Shown here piece after piece: positions 6,970-14,881 of a DNA stretch of 64,000 bases. The notes beneath the pieces were generated by a model, which worked only from the letters and a program-made list of their open reading frames with translations, was not told the DNA's origin and made no database searches. The number at the start of each line of letters is the position of its first letter. Positions within the stretch are counted from its first letter, which is position 1. Made by a program: the position numbers and the translations under genes. This stretch comes from Bacilli bacterium (GTDB lineage: Bacteria > Bacillota_I > Bacilli_A > RFN20 > CAG-826): the NCBI GenBank assembly GCA_045598525.1, contig JAZLMH010000006.1, forward strand, positions 2,375 to 66,374, given 5' to 3'.

Positions 6970-9321
6970 TTAAGCGACTTTTGTGACTGTTATAGCACCG
7001 TTATTGCTAAACATTGCAAGGTCAAGGAAGCTAAGGGCTGTGCTTGTTTTTGGTTTGATGACAAGGGTGTGGTTTCCTGCTGATGGGACGTTAATTGAGC
7101 CAAGTTTCCAGGTTGTCCAGTATTCGGTGTTGTTATCAAAGCCGATTGATGAGGTTGCAAAGCTTGTTGTATCAAGTGTCAATGCGTTTCCATCAAGAGT
7201 GATAGACATTGCGCTATTGATGTTAAGAGATGTGTTCTTTGCTAAGAATGTTGCGTATAAGTTACCAGCAAAGGCCTTGTCAACGCTGAAGTTATAGGTT
7301 GCGGTCTGTGATGTTCCGCTTAACTTGAAGTAGTTATAACCAGGGTTACGGATGGTGTTTTTGTTGATGGCGGTGTTTGCTGTTGTCATTGAAGCGCCGC
7401 TTAATGTGAAGTCTGCGGCTTTAAGCATACCGATCTGGTTTAACTGGTTGGTTGCTGGTGTTCCTTCGGTTAAGAGAGAAATCATTGTGTCGAGTTTCTC
7501 ATGAGGGACACCTGCGGTAACTAAGAAGTTATAGCACTTCTGCTGGAAGCTGTTTCCTGGGTAGGTGTTGATCTGGGCGATATAACCTGCTGTGGAGTCA
7601 TCGTTAACTTGGTCGCATGTTGAGGTTTTGCCGATTCTTCCGAAATTGGAGAAGAGATAATCCTGATAGATCTGTCTCATTGGAAGACCAAGGACACCGT
7701 TGATGAGAAGACCCATGAAGCCTGTTCTATCGGTGCCGATACGGCAATGGAAGAAGACTGGGTAATTAGAAGCATCGCCAAGGATATCGAAGCAACGAAG
7801 CATTGGTGCGATGTTTCTGAAGATTAAGTTCTTGCCACCTTGGTATTCCATGGCGTTATGGTAGATGGTGACGCTATTTCCTACTGGTGAGGTGGTTGGG
7901 CAGTTAAATCCCATTTCACGAAGTTCAATCTCGGTTTTGACATGCATTTCTTCAAGCATGGTTTTCTTGCCGGCTGCGGTTATTGCGCATTGTGACTGAG
8001 AATCGTTTGGAGCGCCTGTGCGGTAGATAAGACCTTGTTTTATTTTAGCTCCACCTTCGGTGGTTTTGCCGCCAAGGTCACGGACATTAGTCATGCCATC
8101 GACTCTTAAGTTACGGATGCCAGAGGCTGCTGTATCAAGCTCATAGGTTGATGAGACGTCTGGGTTTCCTGATGAATATACGGCTTTGACGTGATAGTAA
8201 TAATGGGTGCCGATAAATAAGTTATAGACGTTAAATGATTTGGATGTTCCTTCGTAGGAAAGGACGTTTTGGGTGAATGCGTTATCGGTTGCGAATTCAA
8301 GAACGTATTTGCTTAATGTCTTTCCTGCTGGAACGGTGTGATTAAATGAGAAGGTGACTGCATTTGGATCAGACTGATGGGCGTTTTCGCTTGTGTGGAA
8401 CTGATTCTTGAATGCGCTTGATGAAAGCGTTGTGTAGTCGCCTGTGTATTCGATGAAGGCTTTCTGGTCTGCTGTCTTATTATTTATTGGGGCAGTGAAT
8501 GTTGTGACGTTTGAGAAGCCTGCTGCATCTGCTGGGGTTGATTGGGCTGGCGTTGAAGTTGCTGGTGTGGATTGAGCTGGCGCTGATGTTTGCCCGCCTG
8601 CTGATGAGCCGATTTTGACTAAACGGATTGTATCGATATAAGCGCTATAGCCTTCTGCGTGATATCTCATCGCAAATGATGTTGCGCCTGAAGCGACTGT
8701 AACATCACAAAGTGATGCGTTGGTGTAGGCTTCGCCTTGTCCGTTTTGTGACCAGCCAAGATCTTGGTATGAAGTTTCGTTTGAGATGTTAACTTCTTCC
8801 CCTGTTCCTACTTGGAAGGTATATCTAGATGTATATGGGGAAAGGACTGAATCTCCTGTGAAGCCTTTTGAGCCATTTCCGCTAGAATAACTACCTTTAA
8901 TGAAGACTTGGTATGATCCTGGCTGCATGCCGGTAATATTCCATTCAAGGTCGCCTTTAAGCTTTCCACTATCCCATTTACCGCTTGCGACTGTTTTTCC
9001 AGCTGCGGTAAGTTCATAACCGGTCTGGTTTGCGGATGTGTTTTTAACTGGTTGAGCGTCTCCTACCTTAGCGCCATCGTTTTCCCAACCGCCAAGAACT
9101 GGTCTTTGAGAGCTTGAAGAAGCTGGTCTAGAAGAGCTAGATGAAGATGATGACTGGGCTTGGCTTGTTCCAGTTTGAGATGATCCTGGTTTAGATTCAT
9201 CTTTAATAGATGAAGATGCTTCGCTTTCTTTTGCTGGCTCACTGGTGTTAGAACCGCTTACTGAACAGGCGGTAAGCATAGCAAGTGAAAGAAGAGAAAC
9301 TAATAAAGTCTTTTTGTTCAT
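6970..9321 (-). CDS. surface lipoprotein with a CX5R tyrosine-phosphatase-like (Y_phosphatase3-type) domain between two beta-sandwich-like domains
   Basis: Lipobox LTAC, Ser-rich linker, FFHCRIGTDRTG active-site loop. Paralogous to 50601..52253 and 52354..53994. Confidence 0.75.
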   Translation of the reverse strand: MNKKTLLVSLLSLAMLTACSVSGSNTSEPAKESEASSSIKDESKPGSSQTGTSQAQSSSSSSSSRPASSSSQRPVLGGWENDGAKVGDAQPVKNTSANQTGYELTAAGKTVASGKWDSGKLKGDLEWNITGMQPGSYQVFIKGSYSSGNGSKGFTGDSVLSPYTSRYTFQVGTGEEVNISNETSYQDLGWSQNGQGEAYTNASLCDVTVASGATSFAMRYHAEGYSAYIDTIRLVKIGSSAGGQTSAPAQSTPATSTPAQSTPADAAGFSNVTTFTAPINNKTADQKAFIEYTGDYTTLSSSAFKNQFHTSENAHQSDPNAVTFSFNHTVPAGKTLSKYVLEFATDNAFTQNVLSYEGTSKSFNVYNLFIGTHYYYHVKAVYSSGNPDVSSTYELDTAASGIRNLRVDGMTNVRDLGGKTTEGGAKIKQGLIYRTGAPNDSQSQCAITAAGKKTMLEEMHVKTEIELREMGFNCPTTSPVGNSVTIYHNAMEYQGGKNLIFRNIAPMLRCFDILGDASNYPVFFHCRIGTDRTGFMGLLINGVLGLPMRQIYQDYLFSNFGRIGKTSTCDQVNDDSTAGYIAQINTYPGNSFQQKCYNFLVTAGVPHEKLDTMISLLTEGTPATNQLNQIGMLKAADFTLSGASMTTANTAINKNTIRNPGYNYFKLSGTSQTATYNFSVDKAFAGNLYATFLAKNTSLNINSAMSITLDGNALTLDTTSFATSSIGFDNNTEYWTTWKLGSINVPSAGNHTLVIKPKTSTALSFLDLAMFSNNGAITVTKVA

Positions 9322-9484
9322 TCTTGTTTTGTAAGGGAAGTTGTCCCTCTACTTCCTTTCTTTGTTTATCATGACAAGAAGCTCTTACGGCTTTCTAAAA
9401 ACACATTAATGTGTTGATGTCATTTTTAAGCAATGAATATTCTACTTATTAGTACAATTCGTGTCAAATTCTTGTGCGGAGGTC

Positions 9485-9515
9485 AAAAAGAAAAAGGCTT
9501 GAGTGATTCAAGCCT
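9485..9515 (-). terminator. intrinsic terminator after the 385-aa gene
   Basis: AGGCTTGA/TCAAGCCT stem plus a U-run on the minus strand. Confidence 0.6.
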
Positions 9516-9521
9516 AATTGT

Positions 9522-10679
9522 TTATAAGCCGAGGAGCTCTTTCTTCTTTTTGTCGAATTCTTCCTGGCTGATGATGCCCATATCAAGGAGTTCTTTGTAT
9601 TTCTTGATTTCCTGGAATGGATCTCCTACTGGAGCTTGGTCACTTTCTTTTTTAGGCGCTGGCTCCTCTATTGGTGCAGGTGCTGGAGTGTTGTCTGCTT
9701 CTTTTGCTGGTTCTACAGGTGATTCAGCTGTTGAAGCTTCTTGCCCTTCTATTTCGAGATAGACCCTTCCCGCGCCTCTTAACTCTTCGTTCATATCCTT
9801 GATTTTCTCTTCTAACTCCGAAGGTTTCATGGAAATGGTAACAAAAGGCTTATTGCGTTTTGCTTTCGCTAAGAGGGATTTGACTGTTGGTTCTGGCATG
9901 TCTGAACCGAGGTGTACGTGGCTATAGATAATTTCAAAGCAGTAATCGATATCCTCAACGTCTTTTAAATAAAGCAAGCAGTTTTTCTTTGCCTCTTTTT
10001 GTTTTTGTGGCTTTCCTTTTTTAGGTGATTCGACGTTTTCGGACGAAGTTTGTCCTTCGACAAATTTAAGTAATCTTCTGACCTTCTTTCCAAGTTCGTC
10101 TTCATAATCTTCTTCAAAGAATGTGCAATGGAAAAATGGCTGAAGGTAATCATCATTGACATTCATATAACTTCGTTCGTGTATTAAGCTTGGATCAAAA
10201 GTTTTGCCATCGTCTTCGTAAACAATGACGCAACGATTACCGTAAGTGTCGATGTAACCATTGAAAAGTTTTGCCATGGAAATAAAGTCAGTAATTCCAT
10301 ATTTTTCGATCAATTCTTTCTGCTCACCGAATAATTCGATTATCTCTTCTCCATCTGTTTCAGGATCTAATCCATCTATTTCTTCGTTATAAAAATCAAA
10401 CAAGTCTTCAACATCTGATGGAGTAATATGAAAAACTATCTGCTTCTCATCTTCTGCTGAAACTTGCATGATCTTTGATTTGAACCATCCCTCGTCTTTA
10501 AGATAATGGCAATCTTCTTCTAAACTCAAAAATTTAAGGAATGATAACGGCAGATTTGCCTGAAATAGTTTCTTTTTCCTGTTATCGTATTCATATATCG
10601 TAAGACATATGTCTTTACTTGTGTCGATAATTAATTCTTTTGTGGCGGAATAGTCTTCATAGGTTAGTTTTACAATCAT
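9522..10679 (-). CDS. hypothetical acidic protein with C-terminal SHOCT domain
   Basis: C-terminus ..IKKYKELLDMGIISQEEFDKKKKELLGL matches the SHOCT pattern. The rest is unrecognised. Confidence 0.6.
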   Translation of the reverse strand: MIVKLTYEDYSATKELIIDTSKDICLTIYEYDNRKKKLFQANLPLSFLKFLSLEEDCHYLKDEGWFKSKIMQVSAEDEKQIVFHITPSDVEDLFDFYNEEIDGLDPETDGEEIIELFGEQKELIEKYGITDFISMAKLFNGYIDTYGNRCVIVYEDDGKTFDPSLIHERSYMNVNDDYLQPFFHCTFFEEDYEDELGKKVRRLLKFVEGQTSSENVESPKKGKPQKQKEAKKNCLLYLKDVEDIDYCFEIIYSHVHLGSDMPEPTVKSLLAKAKRNKPFVTISMKPSELEEKIKDMNEELRGAGRVYLEIEGQEASTAESPVEPAKEADNTPAPAPIEEPAPKKESDQAPVGDPFQEIKKYKELLDMGIISQEEFDKKKKELLGL

Positions 10680-10745
10680 AAATACCCCTTCTTCTGATCT
10701 TTTATGATAAAAAACGCTGCATAGTAGCTTTGGCTTAAGTAAACA

Positions 10746-10755
10746 CCCCCCCCCC
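10746..10755. repeat. C10/G10 homopolymer tract
   Basis: Ten consecutive C on the plus strand, 67-76 nt upstream of the 9522..10679 start codon and next to a TTGCAT box on the minus strand. Confidence 0.9.
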
Positions 10756-10759
10756 GAGA

Positions 10760-11400
10760 AAAATGCAACGTGTTAGCCAAGCATTTCCAAAACTTCCCGC
10801 TTGAGTTTTCAAAACAGGACATTTGGTGTCCTCGCACATTGTTTTGTTTCTCTTCTATAGTATCGGCGTCCCCAATAAACGAGGACAGCATTGGAACCCG
10901 GTGAAGTCATCTTGCTTGATGGCCGGGGCCTGACCAGGAGAGAGGCTTATGCGGGATACTGTATAAGACTTAAGACCTATTATGGGTTTACGGGATTGAA
11001 AGACCGCTCTGGTTGGTGGCGCATCTTGCCCTTCGATGTAAACGACTGCCAGGAGTAGGCACGACAAGAGGCTCTATAGCGATATATCCCACGTGCTGAT
11101 ATCTGTGTGAGAAGCAGGTATCACCGTCCTCAAAGGAAGTGTTTGGCTTGATGGGTGGAGACATCCTATAACTACTTTGGCAGGTTCTTGTAGGCGAAGG
11201 CCAGAATTAAGATGGATTTTTTAATGCTGAAGCTCGCTGAAGGTTGGAGGACTATATGGTTCCTCCCATTGTTCGGTACTACTTATAGTACCCATTCCAA
11301 AAGCATCAGGGTCGCTACTTGGTGCTCAGCTTGGCGTGAATGTGCGTGAATAACAAATTAGGGTAAAAGATGTATGGCGAAGGCCGCCAATGCTTATTTT
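10760..11400. ncRNA. large (~650 nt) GC-rich structured non-coding region, family not recognised
   Basis: Only 70-aa junk ORFs. Visibly higher GC than flanks. Hairpins AGGACA/TGTCCT (10816-32) competing with GTCCTCG/CGAGGAC (10828-34/10880-86), GGAGGA/TCCTCC (11246-66), GGTACTA/TAGTACC (11275-92). Confidence 0.4.
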
Positions 11401-11526
11401 TTATTTATCAAAGCGTAATTGCTCTCTGATATAAGTTCATTTCAACCTTTTAGAGGCTGTAGTTAATGTTTATATTATGAACATAGAAAAATAAACATCA
11501 TTAATGTGTGATGAAATGAATAAATT

Positions 11527-11735
11527 ATGGATAAAAAGTTTATTGTGCATAAAGATCGTTTACCTGATGGTATGACATTTGATGATTTGATTGAAAAATC
11601 AAATTAAACGCTGCAACTAAAGAGGCTAATAAAGAGACACTTCAAGGTATAGTGAATATTGATCTTGATACATTTGATATCAATGATTATCCAAAAATAC
11701 TTCAAGACACCAAAGACTATGCGAGCAACAAATAA
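11527..11735 (+). pseudogene. small frameshifted ORF
   Basis: MDKKFIVHKDRLPDGMTFDDLIEKSN* stops at 11605-07 and continues in another frame as NAATKEANKETLQGIV...YASNK*. Followed by a terminator. Confidence 0.3.
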
Positions 11736-11770
11736 TTGGTTATATAAATAACTGTTAAAAGCAATAATCA

Positions 11771-11798
11771 AGGTGACTGGAAATGGTCACCTTTTTTA
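11771..11798 (+). terminator. intrinsic terminator
   Basis: AGGTGAC-tggaaatg-GTCACCT followed by TTTTTT. Confidence 0.65.
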
Positions 11799-11834
11799 TT
11801 ATTAAAAAGACCACATTGAGTGGCCTGTTGGTTA

Positions 11835-12581
11835 TTAGTCTAGAAGGTCGCTTTTCTTTTTGTCGTATTCTTCTTGGGTAATCGCCCCTTCATCCAATAG
11901 CGATTTATATTGTTGGAGAAGTTTAAGTATTCTTTCTTCTTTGTCAAAGTCGATTGTTTTTGTTACGTAACTTTTGGTTACACTGAAGTCATCAGTTGTT
12001 TCGATGCTTGTGGTGGTCACTTTGACATCTTTTGTTAGGCGATAAACAACGAAGATAGCAATCGATGAAAGAAGCAACAAAGCCAAAGAAACTATCCATC
12101 CTGCGGCCAAAGAAATATTCAGATAATCAGGCTTTTGAATTATGTCTTTGTTAACGGCCTCAAAAACAAATGGGTTTCCGATTATAAACCCAGCGGTGAA
12201 GATGGCAACAACAAGAATTCCAAGGATATAAGGATTTTTGTTTGCCTTTTTCTTGATTTCAAACCAAATGCTAACACCGTAAAGAGCGAGTATTGATAGC
12301 ATCCCCAAAAACGATAATATTCCTAACGGGGAAGGAAATGCCGATTTTCCAAAAGCAGCAGCAAAATTACTCTCGATATTCATCCCATTGTTTTTGGCCA
12401 ACATCGTTCCGTCTCCACCAAATAAACTTATTGTCCCAGGAAAATAAACTCTTAATGATAATCCAGATTGATGGCCATTAAGCATCACTCCAGGCGTTGT
12501 TAATAACAAAACGAGGCTTACCAAAGTTATGACGGCTGCGGATATCAAAATATATAAACGATATTTTCTTAGTGCTTGCAT
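11835..12581 (-). CDS. polytopic membrane protein with C-terminal SHOCT domain
   Basis: Several TM segments, then ..LQQYKSLLDEGAITQEEYDKKKSDLLD. Confidence 0.65.
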   Translation of the reverse strand: MQALRKYRLYILISAAVITLVSLVLLLTTPGVMLNGHQSGLSLRVYFPGTISLFGGDGTMLAKNNGMNIESNFAAAFGKSAFPSPLGILSFLGMLSILALYGVSIWFEIKKKANKNPYILGILVVAIFTAGFIIGNPFVFEAVNKDIIQKPDYLNISLAAGWIVSLALLLLSSIAIFVVYRLTKDVKVTTTSIETTDDFSVTKSYVTKTIDFDKEERILKLLQQYKSLLDEGAITQEEYDKKKSDLLD

Positions 12582-12688
12582 AAAAATCCTTCAAAATAGC
12601 ATTTTCTGATAGTTAAATCATTATACCTTAAGGATGAATGATATAAACACAAAAAGGAAAACATCCGTTAAGGATTCTTTCGTTTGAT

Positions 12689-13024
12689 CTAGTCATTTTT
12701 AATAAATTTCCAAAAACGGCAAGAAGGATAGTTTTCACAGCTATAATAATTTCTTCCTTTTCTGTCTTTGTTCAGTTTCAAGTCTCCACCACATTTTGGG
12801 CATTTGCCTGGGTTTTCCTCATCAAATAATTCAGGATGCATCTCTTTTTGAACGTCCCACCAATTATCTAGGAATTTATTAATTGCATCGTCTATGTTCT
12901 CTCCTTGCTTAACATAAACGCTTCCGAACATTCCATTAGGCAAACTGATTGTTACGCGAATATCATATTCTTTCCGGGTTTTTGCTCTTGTTGGAGATTC
13001 TTGTTTTGTCTCTTCTTCACTCAT
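12689..13024 (-). CDS. topoisomerase-type C4 zinc-finger protein
   Basis: CPKCGGDL..YYSCENYPSCRF, the same finger as in the adjacent NERD protein. Confidence 0.6.
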   Translation of the reverse strand: MSEEETKQESPTRAKTRKEYDIRVTISLPNGMFGSVYVKQGENIDDAINKFLDNWWDVQKEMHPELFDEENPGKCPKCGGDLKLNKDRKGRNYYSCENYPSCRFWKFIKND

Positions 13025-13191
13025 GCGTTCATTCCTTTCAAGCGTTGCCTCACCATTCTATTTAGCATCAATTTATGATTTTTTATTATTAAAACGTTTT
13101 CGATTGTTGATATTTCTTCATTTTTCTTCAGGAGTTAAATCGGTTGCAGAATCTATTTCTCTCATGATGTCGGCTGAGAATTGTTAAAAAT

Positions 13192-13968
13192 TTAATCAGC
13201 TTGATCGCTTGCTTTAATCTTTTTTGTGAATCTGCATTTAGGGTAGCCTGAACATCCATAGAAGGATTTTCCATCTTTGCTTTGGCGTTTTATTAGTTCT
13301 CCTCCGCATCTAGGACAACGCCCTTCTTCGACAAATTGTTTGGCTTGTTGAACCTTTGTGGCATGTTCTTCATCTGTTTCTATTGGATTGTCTTTGTAAT
13401 AGATAAGAACACCTACCATTTCTTTGACTGCTTCTTCTGACATTTCATCCTTAGGGAGTTTCTTGAAATACCTACGGAATTCCCTTGGGGTGAAAACGTT
13501 GTCGATATCGAGTCGTGATGTATCTGCTTCGGTGAATATAACTATGTTATGGATGCGTATTTCAAAGTCATCAATTAATGGCCTAAGTCTATTTATGTGG
13601 GTCTCATTTTGTTTTATTGGGGAATAGAATTGATGCTTCTCTTTGCCATATCCTAAGACTTGAGTCCACTTCTCTTGTTTTGGCGTGCCATATATCCTTC
13701 CTGATAACGCTTTGGTTTCCACCACAAAAACGCCTTTTGTTGAGATTAAGACGTGATCTATTTGTGAACTCATGCCGTTTTTGCCAGGGATTATTAAATT
13801 ATTAAGAACACGGCCTTCTTTTCCTTTAACGTATTCCAATAAATCACTGACTTCTTGTTCCCCTATTTTCCCTTTTCCTTCTGGGGAACGCCTATCCATG
13901 TCAGGTTTTCTAAATAAAAGAACTAAAAATAAAACAAGAAAGGCGATTGCTATATATCCTATCATCAT
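13192..13968 (-). CDS. NERD (nuclease-related) domain protein with N-terminal TM helix and C-terminal topo-type zinc finger
   Basis: GKIGEQEV..IDHVLISTKGVFVVETK..YSPIKQN..H, and CPRCGGEL..FYGCSGYPKCRF. Confidence 0.8.
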   Translation of the reverse strand: MMIGYIAIAFLVLFLVLLFRKPDMDRRSPEGKGKIGEQEVSDLLEYVKGKEGRVLNNLIIPGKNGMSSQIDHVLISTKGVFVVETKALSGRIYGTPKQEKWTQVLGYGKEKHQFYSPIKQNETHINRLRPLIDDFEIRIHNIVIFTEADTSRLDIDNVFTPREFRRYFKKLPKDEMSEEAVKEMVGVLIYYKDNPIETDEEHATKVQQAKQFVEEGRCPRCGGELIKRQSKDGKSFYGCSGYPKCRFTKKIKASDQAD

Positions 13969-14092
13969 AATCTGATTACAATCCTATGCCCTCCGTTTTA
14001 GTGTTCTTGCTTACATAAAAAAGTATTGCTTCTCTCATAATTTCCTCCATGAAAAGCGACTTTATATACTCTTTTATTTATTCTTCATATTT

Positions 14093-14365
14093 CTATGAAA
14101 GATTACCCTCGTTGCAAATTATACTACTCAAAATCATTTTTATAAAAAGAAAACACCCATTAAGGATGTCTAATGCAGATACGTTGTAGTATTCTGCGAA
14201 TGCATTGACTACGTCGATGCTTGATGGTCCATCAGTTTCTATACGTCTTATGTTACGTACGGAATATCCGATGTTGTTGGCTAATTCATCTTGGGTTAGA
14301 TGATTTTTTAGCCTTAGGGTCTTGATTGATTGTCCAACCAAGCGCGAATCAATTAGTGTGCTCAT
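14093..14365 (-). CDS. XRE-family HTH transcriptional regulator
   Basis: IKTLRLKNHLTQDELANNIGYSVRNIRRIE. Confidence 0.8.
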   Translation of the reverse strand: MSTLIDSRLVGQSIKTLRLKNHLTQDELANNIGYSVRNIRRIETDGPSSIDVVNAFAEYYNVSALDILNGCFLFIKMILSSIICNEGNLS

Positions 14366-14505
14366 TTGTCCACCTCCTATTATTTGATTAAAAAATCATT
14401 CGCTAAAATCAGATAATTATGATCCGCTAGGTGGGTCTGATATGTTTGAGCAGGGTGATTATATACTTCTATTCATTTAAAAAGAAAGAGACCATACGAA
14501 AAAAT

Positions 14506-14539
14506 GTAGAAAAACGTGCATTACCGCACGTTTTTCTAC
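14506..14539. promoter_or_regulatory. perfect 14-bp inverted repeat (operator or minus-strand terminator)
   Basis: GTAGAAAAACGTGC-attacc-GCACGTTTTTCTAC, between the divergent XRE gene and 14882..16795. A-run on the plus side gives a U-run on the minus strand. Confidence 0.5.
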
Positions 14540-14881
14540 AAGGATATGCCTAAATCTATTTTTTCTAAATCAGTTCGTAGGGAGAAGTGAAAATACCAAA
14601 GCCAAATGTCGAAGAAAAAATTAGGAATTCCAACAGCGTTGATAAAATAATTTCAAAAGATGATGCCAAATAATTAAACCTACTTCAGTGGATATTGACT
14701 ATCTATATATATATACAATAAGGACAAATTATCAAACGCAAGTCATCATCTTATGAAAGGTTTTTGATAAAGATAAATCTCTAATTGGTGAGATAAAAGT
14801 TATGTTGTACTCATAACTATAAGCAATAAAAGAAAGGTAAAATGTAATCTAAAGTACAATTTGATTATATGAGGTGATTGT

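Noticed and set aside
9401-9414. 14-nt palindrome ACACATTAATGTGT upstream of the 783-aa lipoprotein gene.
   Set aside because: It may be an operator, but it is a single AT-rich palindrome with no second copy in the window. Too weak to call.
10676-11067. Tracked ORFs 10676..10891 and 10855..11067 (-).
   Set aside because: Short, overlapping, no SD, odd composition, and located inside the GC-rich structured region.
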